NCBI GenBank assembly: GCA_048882505.1
Contig: JBHLRO010000016.1
Location: 60,001 to 92,000, forward strand
DNA: 32,000 nt
Direction: 5' to 3'
DNA from: Candidatus Thorarchaeota archaeon
Lineage (GTDB): Archaea > Asgardarchaeota > Heimdallarchaeia > Hodarchaeales > Hodarchaeaceae
In this document: positions 15,657 to 25,131 of the stretch, piece after piece
Position numbering within the stretch: position 1 is the first letter of the stretch
Layout of the letters: every line of letters starts with the position of its first letter
Program-made: the position numbers and the translations under genes
Notes under the pieces: generated by a model
The model's input: only the letters and a program-made list of their open reading frames with translations
The model's database searches: none
What the model was told of the DNA's origin: nothing

Positions 15657-17018
15657 CTACATTACTCTAAAAGGGGAAGATTCTTCATTTCTCGAGATTT
15701 CTTTGAGAAATATCAATTCGGAATTGGCAGTACTCGGTCCATTTTGGTTTTCAGATTCGTTGAATTGTAATTTGAATAGTTGAAGGGTCAGTGAAGTGAT
15801 CTGAGAGGAAGTTAATCTTGAAGATGAAAGTTGAGTTAATTGGGCGAAGATACAAATGAGTTGCTGGAGCGACAATTGGCGTTTTAGCTCGGAAAGTAGG
15901 TAGCTCTGCTTAGATCCATCCCTTTCTTCGATAATAGTCTCTAGGATCGAAAGGAAATTGGGACTACGCACTAATTTCAGACAAAACATGGATCTACGAT
16001 GACATTTCTTTATTCTTTCGTTTAAAGGAATTTCTGGAGATTTAGGAAGATTACACATTTCGGCACATATTTGATTCATCTTTTCTGCTGAAACGAGGTT
16101 CATTTCGTTAAGTATAGGTCGGGATAATTCATTTTGATCATCTTCGGGTACTTGACGATGACCAAGGGATTCCTGTTCTAAGGAAACTACCCCGTCTACT
16201 GTTGAATCTACTTTATGAGGAGTAAAATTATGACCAAGTTCTGAAGATGCCATCAATATTGTTCTAATATATTGGACACCTTTTTCAAAGCTGATTTTTG
16301 ATCCTTCATATACCAAATATCTCAACCTGAGCTTAACCAGCTCTGAAGGACTCAATATTGATTTTGTGTTGTATAATGCCGGATTAAAAGCTATTCTGCC
16401 AAGATACTCAAAGAAAGAACTGGCAGGAAACTTTGCAAGATGATAGATCTGAGTATTGCCCTTGTCTCCTTGATTAGTCTTAGACGATTGTGAAGAATCC
16501 GTGGAGTAGACTAATACGGTACTTGGAGAGTAATGTGATTCCTTTTCGTTTATTGACTCATATCGTGGTATTAAAAAAGAACCCCCCTCCTTAAGAAAAT
16601 GTCTCCCGCCGATCTTACAGATTTTTCTTGATTTGAGATCTCTAACGAGATCGCGCTCCGATTCAGGGCTGATGTCGGGAAAAATGGTATCTAAAATCGC
16701 TGAGTTGCTATTAATTCGGTCTATTAGCTCCCCGTAAGAACTTGCATACAGCATTAACCTGATGACCTTCTTGTCAGAGTTTATCTCGATGGTGAATATT
16801 TGGAGATGCTGTAATTGGCTTAACTCATTTAACTGAATTCCATCTAAGGAATAACTCACATAAAAGGCCATCCAAAGATTGTGTTTAGGGATGAAAACAA
16901 TCCCTCTTCCCCTTATGGAAAAATCAATGGAAAATGAACTTCTGATGAATATTTGGAGTATCTCATATAAGAGTAATCCAGAGAGGATCAACGCGGGGAT
17001 ATAATGGAGCGGATTCAT
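15657..17018 (-). CDS. Hypothetical protein, N-terminal TM anchor (453 aa)
   Basis: Long ORF; hydrophobic N-terminus YIPALILSGLLLYEILQIFI; GAGGAG RBS upstream; no recognised domain. Confidence 0.8.
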   Translation of the reverse strand: MNPLHYIPALILSGLLLYEILQIFIRSSFSIDFSIRGRGIVFIPKHNLWMAFYVSYSLDGIQLNELSQLQHLQIFTIEINSDKKVIRLMLYASSYGELIDRINSNSAILDTIFPDISPESERDLVRDLKSRKICKIGGRHFLKEGGSFLIPRYESINEKESHYSPSTVLVYSTDSSQSSKTNQGDKGNTQIYHLAKFPASSFFEYLGRIAFNPALYNTKSILSPSELVKLRLRYLVYEGSKISFEKGVQYIRTILMASSELGHNFTPHKVDSTVDGVVSLEQESLGHRQVPEDDQNELSRPILNEMNLVSAEKMNQICAEMCNLPKSPEIPLNERIKKCHRRSMFCLKLVRSPNFLSILETIIEERDGSKQSYLLSELKRQLSLQQLICIFAQLTQLSSSRLTSSQITSLTLQLFKLQFNESENQNGPSTANSELIFLKEISRNEESSPFRVM

Positions 17019-17067
17019 GAGATTTTTTCTCCTCTTAAAACACTTCGTAAATCCATACGGAAAGACA

Positions 17068-17083
17068 AAGGTTTTAAAACCTT
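17068..17083. promoter_or_regulatory. Perfect 16-bp palindrome (possible operator overlapping a TATA-like core)
   Basis: AAGGTTTTAAAACCTT equals its own reverse complement; 50 nt upstream of the 453-aa gene start. Confidence 0.4.
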
Positions 17084-17160
17084 GATTTGTATTTTAAGCT
17101 GCCAGTTAGCCACCATTTGGAGAATTCCCGCATCGATACCATTACTGGATTTGAAATCAT

Positions 17161-20100
17161 TTAGGTCTGTAGAATCGACATTCGTCTTCTTTTGATAAAA
17201 TTCATGAGGAAAAGCCCTCCTAGGATTAGTATAGTGATGATCGTCGGGGTGAGATATTCTAAATCCGTTAGAAGTGAAGATGGGTTATAAACCAAAAGTT
17301 CCATCAGGGTGTTGGTAATATTAACAGTGTTTATATTCCCCGCCCAGTCCATAGCTTTCAGACTAACGTTTTTAGAGAGAAAACTAGTTACTGGGATACT
17401 GAATACGTGGTAATTCGTGGTTAAGTTATTGGAAACCATTCTTCTACCGTTATCCATAACTGAGACGTTTCTAATCCCTGAAGCCCGCTCAGGTTCAAAT
17501 ACAAAGGTATTAATCCTAATAAATTCGTCTGAAGCTTCAATTGAATATTTCAACACCGGCATATATGGGTCTGTAATAGTGAAAGATTGTTCTCTGCTCC
17601 TGACAATGAACGTAGAGGAATACTCTACTTCTAATCTTATGGATACTGTTGAATTCCAATTTTGGGGAGGTAAATGGGCTTCCACAAGAGTAGATCCGTT
17701 TGAAAATGTTTTATAACTCGTATTGAAACAGTTTAGTGAGTAGTGGCCTAATGAATAAATTACGGAGTACGAAAAATCAAGCGGGGAATGGAACAACCAG
17801 CTTCCCTTAATGGTTTCATTGTAAAAATAATTTCCCTGAAACGATTCCAACACATTGACGTTTAGATCAGCTAAGTATCCTTCCATATAATAGTTAATTG
17901 GAAGGCCTCCAATGATGTTAAGTCGTGATATGGAAATTTGGGTACCTTTAATGTTGATGGAGGTGGTTGAGGTAATGTCTCGGCCTAAAGTATCAAGGAG
18001 AGAGAGATTTAGAGGGATAAATCCCAAAAAACTAAGATCTAGACTTATTGTAAAGTTATTTACAGTTATAACAGAATCTAAGCTGATTTCGACCCGGAAT
18101 TTCTCAGAAAATTCCACTAGGGAAATATATGCAGTAGGACTAGGTAGTTCGATTACCAGGATATCAGTTGAAGAAACATTTCCATCAAGATTCCAAGATA
18201 AAACGCCGCTTCTAGAGTTAACCCCTACTATATAGTAGTCTCTCAGAATGAAAGCTGTTTTCATTTTTAGACCATAGGATGGTAAAGGAGTATACCAGCT
18301 GGAATCATTTGTGGGATATTCAATGGCATAATAGACGAAGAAAGATCCGTTTGAACCAACAGGTGACCGAGACAGTTCATAAATGTCTGCACGGGTTCCA
18401 TTGGTTGATAAAGTACCATTTAGTATTGTAAAAATGATGGTTTGGAACTTCACGAGACTTTCTTCTAAAAACCCTCCTATTCCAACGTACAATCGGTCTT
18501 CGGTTATACCAAGGTTTGCTTTGAAATCGATATCTGCATATCCTGCGGAGTTTGTCTGTCTTTCGCATTCTACGGAATTATTAATCCAAATCTTCACAGT
18601 AAGCCCTTGCAATATCTGAAGAGTACCTCCTTCAGGAGGTTGAAGATATGAATAAAGCCTGAATACTACAGAATCATTAATGTAAATTCCAGTATTGAGA
18701 TTTTCAAAACTCCATACTATTGATGATGATAGAATTTCAAGATTGATTTGCTTCTTTGCGAAAAAATTGCTGGTATCTGACGCAAGAATAAAAACGCTTA
18801 TGTTTCCTGGCGCCCACATTATATTAGTGATGTTTAAGACAAAATCCTTACGAGGGGTTTGTGAAAAAAGGAGATTAGTGTTTCCTTTTGTTAAAAGAAC
18901 GAGAGAACTATTTGCTGTATATTTCACACTGCCCAAAAATAAACTCAAATTTATGAATAAAGGTTCATATTGGTATATGGTCACATTTTGTTGGGTATGG
19001 AGTACAATCATTGCAAATTCATTTGATTCATGAATGATGATGTCTTGCTTATAGAAACCAAATTCCCAATTGCTGGTCCAATTAACTTCTAGACGTAATA
19101 GACCAATTGGAAATACTTCTGTTATAGGGACGTCCGGAAATGAAAAGGATCCATTTATCATTGGAAGAGTGGATCGATTGTAAACGAAGGTATTGTTCAA
19201 AAGGTATAGATAGAGGGCACCTGCTAAAGGAAATATCAAATCCCCTTTTACACGAAGTATATCATCTGTATTGAGATCCGTTGGGGCAATTATTTTGACA
19301 AGATAGTTAGGAGCAAAAGCCTCAAGTACTGTCGGATCTAAATACTTCCCTTCAACACGGTATTGTTTCCCAGTCAGATACATGTTCAATGATTTTGTAA
19401 CATTGATACTGTACAATTGGGTGCTTGCGTTAAGAATGCGCGGATCAGTCCAATCTGTGGGAAGAAAAATCAGAATTTTATTTTTTATCAAGTTTTCACT
19501 GATATCTGGCATGCACATTCTCAGAAAAATCTTAACATGAGTGGAATTCCAGTATAAACCAGATGAAAAGGCAGGGCGGGTCTGGACTCGTGTTATTGTC
19601 ACATTTAGATAGGTTTCCAAACTCTTATTCCAGGGTGAATTATCTTGGACAGAGAATGTAAAGTTGCCAGATAATGGAGAAATTGCGACCGATCCATTAG
19701 TAGAAAATACTTCTGTAGTATCAATAAAATAACTGAGGGAGCCATTTAAAGGTAGATTCTCTGTGTAATATTCTAAATTATCGATATCTAGGGTGAATTG
19801 AGGTGATACAAGGGTGAACAGGAAAAGTGAAAGCTTGACTGCTTTAAGTTCAGAGAATAAAGGGTGTTTGCTTTTGGAAAAACAGGTGTTAATCATCCAT
19901 GAAATATTAATGGAAATATGTCGCCATGATGAAGGGAGCGACCCATTATATAAAATATAAAGAGAACTTGAAGCGTTTCTCAGAATAAGGGAGGGATCGG
20001 TTCCTATTGGTCTCGAAATGGTTTCATTAATTGGATCACCGGGAAGATTTCCCCCTTTTGATAAATAAAATGTGATTGAGGTACTATTAACGAATTCAAA

Positions 20101-20736
20101 CTCCAAGCTCAAGGTAGGAGGAGAATCCTGAAGATTCTGACCAACGAAGGGCATTCGATAATCAAAGGAGATAAAAGTTGGAAAATTAGATGGCGGTGGA
20201 ACTGTAGACATGTTGAATTTCACATTCTGGAGCCCTGCACTACTCTGATTATTAACCGTGAAATTTGCACGAAATGCCGTACCATTAAGGGTAGGAATCG
20301 TCGAGGTGACAACAGGACCATACCCGTTTACCCAATCCTGACTTTGATCCTCAGCATTAGAAATAATTTTATATGTAGAATTACTGATCTCCGATTCAAT
20401 AGAAACAGTGGTATTTGGAGGTGATTTAATCTGCCTTGTTTGGTTGGTATGCAAAGGGAACTGTGAAACCTGAAACATATCAAAAAGGATCGGATCAGCG
20501 TTACTCGCGCTTTGATTGCTGACTTGAAATACTGATGACGAAGAAGAAAGAGGGGAACTTTCGGAAGTGCGTGGCTTTTCTAGAAGAGGTATTGAGAGCT
20601 TCTCAAAATCATTACCATCTACACCCGTTTCTATGTCCATGTTAATAAAAATCGGGATAATTGAAAAAACAACTAATAATATAAGAGCGGTATTCCTTAT
20701 GGAGTGAAAATGTGAGGTAAATGCCCAGATGCCCAT
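17161..20736 (-). CDS. Large secreted, C-terminally membrane-anchored surface glycoprotein (S-layer/adhesin-like)
   Basis: N-terminal hydrophobic signal (ALILLVVFSIIPIFI), beta-rich S/T/N-rich body with over 40 N-x-S/T sequons counted by eye, and C-terminal TM (TIITILILGGLFLMNFI) followed by KRRR. Confidence 0.85.
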   Translation of the reverse strand: MGIWAFTSHFHSIRNTALILLVVFSIIPIFINMDIETGVDGNDFEKLSIPLLEKPRTSESSPLSSSSSVFQVSNQSASNADPILFDMFQVSQFPLHTNQTRQIKSPPNTTVSIESEISNSTYKIISNAEDQSQDWVNGYGPVVTSTIPTLNGTAFRANFTVNNQSSAGLQNVKFNMSTVPPPSNFPTFISFDYRMPFVGQNLQDSPPTLSLEFEFVNSTSITFYLSKGGNLPGDPINETISRPIGTDPSLILRNASSSLYILYNGSLPSSWRHISINISWMINTCFSKSKHPLFSELKAVKLSLFLFTLVSPQFTLDIDNLEYYTENLPLNGSLSYFIDTTEVFSTNGSVAISPLSGNFTFSVQDNSPWNKSLETYLNVTITRVQTRPAFSSGLYWNSTHVKIFLRMCMPDISENLIKNKILIFLPTDWTDPRILNASTQLYSINVTKSLNMYLTGKQYRVEGKYLDPTVLEAFAPNYLVKIIAPTDLNTDDILRVKGDLIFPLAGALYLYLLNNTFVYNRSTLPMINGSFSFPDVPITEVFPIGLLRLEVNWTSNWEFGFYKQDIIIHESNEFAMIVLHTQQNVTIYQYEPLFINLSLFLGSVKYTANSSLVLLTKGNTNLLFSQTPRKDFVLNITNIMWAPGNISVFILASDTSNFFAKKQINLEILSSSIVWSFENLNTGIYINDSVVFRLYSYLQPPEGGTLQILQGLTVKIWINNSVECERQTNSAGYADIDFKANLGITEDRLYVGIGGFLEESLVKFQTIIFTILNGTLSTNGTRADIYELSRSPVGSNGSFFVYYAIEYPTNDSSWYTPLPSYGLKMKTAFILRDYYIVGVNSRSGVLSWNLDGNVSSTDILVIELPSPTAYISLVEFSEKFRVEISLDSVITVNNFTISLDLSFLGFIPLNLSLLDTLGRDITSTTSINIKGTQISISRLNIIGGLPINYYMEGYLADLNVNVLESFQGNYFYNETIKGSWLFHSPLDFSYSVIYSLGHYSLNCFNTSYKTFSNGSTLVEAHLPPQNWNSTVSIRLEVEYSSTFIVRSREQSFTITDPYMPVLKYSIEASDEFIRINTFVFEPERASGIRNVSVMDNGRRMVSNNLTTNYHVFSIPVTSFLSKNVSLKAMDWAGNINTVNITNTLMELLVYNPSSLLTDLEYLTPTIITILILGGLFLMNFIKRRRMSILQT

Positions 20737-20794
20737 CTTGGTATCCCATTTCGACGGTTGATTCCTTCGCTGGCCTCTAAGTTTGTATCAAAGT

Positions 20795-20810
20795 GGTGTT
20801 AAATAACACC
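20795..20810. promoter_or_regulatory. Near-perfect 16-bp palindrome containing a TATA-like core
   Basis: GGTGTT-AAAT-AACACC. On the minus strand it reads GGTGTTATTTAACACC, about 60 nt upstream of the 1191-aa gene. Confidence 0.35.
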
Positions 20811-20872
20811 CCAAAACAAAGACCTTGAAGATGTATATGGATACCCAGGATCGTCCGGATTCGTGTTAATTT

Positions 20873-22405
20873 CTACACTAGTAGGTAATTACTGAGAAAA
20901 AATGTTCGGACAAGAAAGAAGATAACAAGAAAAAGGAAAACATGAAAACAAGCGATGATTCTGCCCATTGAAATTCGAATCTTTGTATGTGAGGTATTTA
21001 GAAAAGATCTTCGGCCGGGGAGAACACTCATGACTAATGCAATGGTAAGAAAAAGAATGTCAAAACTAGGATCAAGAGTTGGATTACTTAAATCCATGAA
21101 AGAATAGCTTAATGATGTTGAAACATAAAGAAAGAATGGACTGGCCCCCCCGATAATTGCAAGCGATATAATTGACAGTAATTGGATGATCCCGTTTTGA
21201 AGGTCAGCTGCTTTCCGTTTGGCTTCTCCTCTATTCAATATTTGACTTGTCCTGTTTAATTCCTCTGTTATAATCAATAATTTTTCTCCTGCTACATATG
21301 GATCAATCTTACTAAACTTTTGGGTCAGAGTAACAAGTTGAATCGCGCGTTCAGATAAGAATTCTCGTAGAAATCTGGACTTTTGATCACTCCCTTGGTT
21401 TCCTCTAAGTAGGAATTTATTGAAATTGTTTACCTCTTTATCTATCGATTTAGCGATATTCCCAGGTGGATAATAGCCACCCAGGTTTAATGCAGAATTA
21501 AGGCTTTTTTCAAAGCTATTCCCTTTCATCATATTTTCAGCAAGTATAAGGAGCATTTGTATGGATTCGGAATCATTGGATATGGCAATCCGATTTTTTT
21601 CAGAAAATAATATCAGATATCTGTTTGGACTAACAATAAATGAAACTAGAATTATTCCAAAGATTATAAGTGCTCCCCAAAAAAAGTTCATCAATCCAGT
21701 GATTAGTAATAAACATAAGAGTACAGGTGGGCTCAATAATGCTAATCCTGAGGATAAGGCCACCCAGGTATCGATTTTTTCTATTTCTTCTACCGCCTTT
21801 ACCGTAATTTGGTTGAGAATGTGTTTTTTTGAAAAATCCGCCAAGTTCCTACCACTTTCCCATATGGAAATTATGTTTGAAAATAAATGAAGAATATTAC
21901 CGCGTAATCGTTTTGTTATCTCCTTTTTCAGATTTACTTCAAGATTATCGCCAAAATGACTCTGTAAAAGCGCCTCTTCAAATATCTGTGAAAATACTGA
22001 GTAATTACCATGAATAATAAACATGCTGGCCTCCTTCAAGGATTTTGATGTTTCTAAAATCATTAAAAGCTCATTGACTACAAAATAGCCCAAAGTTTCG
22101 ATCATTGTACTGTGTTGTTTAAACTGGCTATATATAATGAAGTGTAGCAGGCGTAGGATGAAAACAGCAAGAGTAATTTCTAATAAAAGGAGTTCAATTG
22201 GCCGAGGATACAATATAAAGAACTGGAATGCAAGAATGACAGACAATGTGACAAAAAACAGTGTAATAATACCGTAAAAACTTGTTTTGTCCATTCTATA
22301 TCTGGATCTAAAGTATTCCTCAAAGCTATAATCGTCAAAAAAGGTATAATCTCCAAGGATAACGTTACCAATCATTTCCAGTAGTTGAACTGATACCTTT
22401 ACCAT
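20873..22405 (-). CDS. Type II secretion system F / TadB-TadC-like membrane platform protein (two repeats)
   Basis: Two units of TM pair, cytoplasmic helical domain (ELLMILETSKSLKEA; ILAENMMKGNSFEKSLN) and TM. This is the architecture of archaeal TadC/ArlJ-like proteins, and it lies divergent from a TadA-type ATPase. Confidence 0.75.
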   Translation of the reverse strand: MVKVSVQLLEMIGNVILGDYTFFDDYSFEEYFRSRYRMDKTSFYGIITLFFVTLSVILAFQFFILYPRPIELLLLEITLAVFILRLLHFIIYSQFKQHSTMIETLGYFVVNELLMILETSKSLKEASMFIIHGNYSVFSQIFEEALLQSHFGDNLEVNLKKEITKRLRGNILHLFSNIISIWESGRNLADFSKKHILNQITVKAVEEIEKIDTWVALSSGLALLSPPVLLCLLLITGLMNFFWGALIIFGIILVSFIVSPNRYLILFSEKNRIAISNDSESIQMLLILAENMMKGNSFEKSLNSALNLGGYYPPGNIAKSIDKEVNNFNKFLLRGNQGSDQKSRFLREFLSERAIQLVTLTQKFSKIDPYVAGEKLLIITEELNRTSQILNRGEAKRKAADLQNGIIQLLSIISLAIIGGASPFFLYVSTSLSYSFMDLSNPTLDPSFDILFLTIALVMSVLPGRRSFLNTSHTKIRISMGRIIACFHVFLFLVIFFLVRTFFLSNYLLV

Positions 22406-22739
22406 CTTCTCTCATTCCTCGGCAAATCTGGCTGAGACAAACAAATGGTAGGAAAGAACCCAATTTGGAAATTGCTGCTCTATACTTTTGCGTTGGAGTA
22501 CCATCGGAAATATCGATACAGATACGGGTTCTAGTGATTTATATTGCCTAGTTAAACCGCAGTTCTCATTGGAAGTCCGAACCTAAACATGAAAGTGGCA
22601 TTCATTTGATCAATTACCCTTATTTAATATAAAATCCCCAATTCTCTCTAGGGAGGTTTCCTGAGTTCTCAATTAGACGGGTGTAGTCAGAACTCAATTC
22701 TATATCATATCCTCTAAATCTAGGGTTTTTTTATTCTTT

Positions 22740-23078
22740 TTGCAGGAAATCTTGTTGGTTAGTGAATTGGCTTTCTTACAAACACAGAGAACCATAATTC
22801 AAGTAAAATGCATAGCTTGCGGAAAAAAGGAAACTATCGTGATAACTGAAGAAGAATTGGAATATGCAAAAAAGGAACATGCCCTTATTACAAAAGCCGT
22901 TGCCCACACTCAAGCTGGGCATGTTTTGACACTGTATATAGATGGTCAGGGGATAGTAAGAAGGAAATATTGTTTCGATATTGCAGAAAGTAAGCGCAAT
23001 CTTTTCACTAATTCGTTGTCAAAGGATTTGGACTCCATTTTCGAGCAGATGCTTAAAGATGCCATGAAAGCTCAATAG
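22740..23078 (+). CDS. Small putative Zn-binding protein (CxxC...H...H-x4-YID..G.VR)
   Basis: CIAC, then AVAHTQAGHVLTLYIDGQGIVRR. Directly upstream of and co-oriented with the ATPase. Confidence 0.75.
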   Translation: MQEILLVSELAFLQTQRTIIQVKCIACGKKETIVITEEELEYAKKEHALITKAVAHTQAGHVLTLYIDGQGIVRRKYCFDIAESKRNLFTNSLSKDLDSIFEQMLKDAMKAQ

Positions 23079-23120
23079 CGAAATAGTAGATATCCAAGAA
23101 CGACCATTTAACCGAGATTA

Positions 23121-24491
23121 TTGGTGAAGTCATTGGTTCCATCGATTCACTTGGCCCCCCATAATATTATTACCCAAATGGAACTTTTAGAGTCCTACAA
23201 ATTTCGAAGCTACGTGGTAGAAGTTAATCAGGAGAAATCGACGAAGACTCTTGAACCCCTGTACCAAGTAAAATATGATGAGACAACCTACAAGAGTTTG
23301 AAAGACTTCTATTTATATGAAAAACAAATTAAGATGGCCTTAGAAGAGTTTGTATCGCAAAACAAAGAATTTTGCACATTTAATCAACTTTTCAAATACC
23401 TAAACGAAATTATCCCTAACAAGGTTTACATTCCGAGTGGATTAATGGTTCCGATCTTTTTTCGGGTACTTGGGCTTGAAAAGATCGGACCCCTGTTAAT
23501 GGATGAGAATATTGACGAAATCTATATCGATTCGAGTCATAAAGCTATTTATATTGACCATAATCGACATGGGCGGTGTAACACCTTCATTAAGCTCTCC
23601 AAAAAGGAAATTGATACTTTTGTAAGCCGAATTGCCCTTGAAAACGATTTTTCATTAAGCCAAAGTAATCCTACAATGAAAGCGGATTTTACATCGCCCT
23701 TATTTCATACGAGGGTTACCGTTGATATCCCCCCACTTATTATTGAAGATGTACACATTGATATTAGGAAATTTCACGCAGAACAATTACGTTTACCAGA
23801 TCTAGTAGAGATTGGGAGTATTACGGGCGCACAGGCCGATTTTTTGAGGTATCTAATCCAAAACCAAACTTCACTCTCAATAATTGGACCACCCAATTCT
23901 GGGAAGACCACGCTACAAAACGCCTTAATTGAATATATTCCATCCCATTTACGACTTCTTTCAATAGAAGATGTCCTTGAGAGTACAAATTTAAGACACG
24001 GTAATGTTGTGCGATTTCGACTTGGGTACGACCCTCATGAGGGCCATTTAATCTCTAAGTCAATGGAAGTTCAAAAGATTTTACATAGAAGTCCTGATTT
24101 TATAAATCTAGGTGAATTATCCTTAAAAGATCATTTTACAGCCTTTCTTAATGTGTTGTCAGTCGGTATACCATCAATTCAAACTATTCATGGGAAAAAT
24201 CCCAATTTTCTTCTCCAACGACTAAAAGACATCTATCAAGTTCCTCTCGAAATCCTCCAAACCTCAATCCCCCATGTATTTATCGAACTCGACGTTTTTT
24301 GGAAAAGGAATAAGAAAAACCGAATGCTTGTTAAAATTGCTGAATTAAATGAACAAGGAGGTATTTCATCGATTTCTAATGAAGATATCAATCACTTTCT
24401 TACAAATGATCGCGAGAGTTCAAATATTTTCACGATTAGATACCTCCTGAACCGTAATCGTGCTGAAAACTGGCATAAAACAAATACCTAA
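23121..24491 (+). CDS. Type II/IV secretion ATPase, CpaF/TadA/VirB11 family
   Basis: DENIDEIYID, IDIRKF, Walker A GPPNSGKTT, Asp box SIEDVLE, Walker B PDFINLGEL, His box TIHG. Confidence 0.93.
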   Translation: MVKSLVPSIHLAPHNIITQMELLESYKFRSYVVEVNQEKSTKTLEPLYQVKYDETTYKSLKDFYLYEKQIKMALEEFVSQNKEFCTFNQLFKYLNEIIPNKVYIPSGLMVPIFFRVLGLEKIGPLLMDENIDEIYIDSSHKAIYIDHNRHGRCNTFIKLSKKEIDTFVSRIALENDFSLSQSNPTMKADFTSPLFHTRVTVDIPPLIIEDVHIDIRKFHAEQLRLPDLVEIGSITGAQADFLRYLIQNQTSLSIIGPPNSGKTTLQNALIEYIPSHLRLLSIEDVLESTNLRHGNVVRFRLGYDPHEGHLISKSMEVQKILHRSPDFINLGELSLKDHFTAFLNVLSVGIPSIQTIHGKNPNFLLQRLKDIYQVPLEILQTSIPHVFIELDVFWKRNKKNRMLVKIAELNEQGGISSISNEDINHFLTNDRESSNIFTIRYLLNRNRAENWHKTNT

Positions 24492-24602
24492 ATCACGACT
24501 CGTTCTTTGACGTATAATGATTGAATATTCTTCAATTCGGGTTTTTATAAGGTAAGCAGCATTAGAGCTATTGAACCAAAACAATGGTTTCATGGGATAG
24601 AC

Positions 24603-25118
24603 TTGCAGCTTCTTTCGTTCCTTTGTTCTATCCCAGGCAGTTCCTGGGGTGTTACGTTTTTTTCGTCTTTTATATTTGAAACGGCTCCAGATTCAAATAA
24701 CAACTTTATGATTCCTCTTTTCTCCGATTTATTAAGCGTAGCTATAATTATATTGAACATTTCACTGTTATACGGTGGTATAGTATATTTATTGGAATTT
24801 GACGGTCGAAATGGTAAAATAATGGTAATTAGGTCAGTTGTGGTGTTTCTATTGTTGATTTCTCTTTTTTCCCCCGCGTATGATCCTGTTACATTCAATT
24901 TCCGCTATTTGGACAACATTTTTCCCTTAATATCATACATACTTGCATATTTGCTGTTTATATTTGCAGCATCCGCATTAATTCTGTTCATTGGCAATTT
25001 AGGATTCTATCTTCTGTCCTCACACCCCAGAAAAGGCGAGGGCCTGAAACGATGTGGATTTTGTTTACTTTGTGTGCTCTTGCCGCTAGGGTTTCAATTT
25101 CCGAAATTCCCTTTGTGA
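24603..25118 (+). CDS. Membrane protein with two TM-hairpin repeats (VirB2/TrbC-pilin-like); likely start ATG 24708
   Basis: Two hairpins, each with a short basic loop: ILNISLLYGGIVYLLEFDGRNGKIMVIRSVVVFLLLI and ALILFIGNLGFYLLSSHPRKGEGLKRCGFCLLCVLL. Confidence 0.7.
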   Translation: MQLLSFLCSIPGSSWGVTFFSSFIFETAPDSNNNFMIPLFSDLLSVAIIILNISLLYGGIVYLLEFDGRNGKIMVIRSVVVFLLLISLFSPAYDPVTFNFRYLDNIFPLISYILAYLLFIFAASALILFIGNLGFYLLSSHPRKGEGLKRCGFCLLCVLLPLGFQFPKFPL

Positions 25119-25131
25119 ATGATGTGATCTG

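Noticed and set aside
17417-22371. Plus-strand ORFs within the 1191-aa and TadC-like genes, checked as possible class III prepilins
   Set aside because: They are antisense shadows, and none has a basic-G/A cleavage motif followed by an N-terminal hydrophobic stretch.
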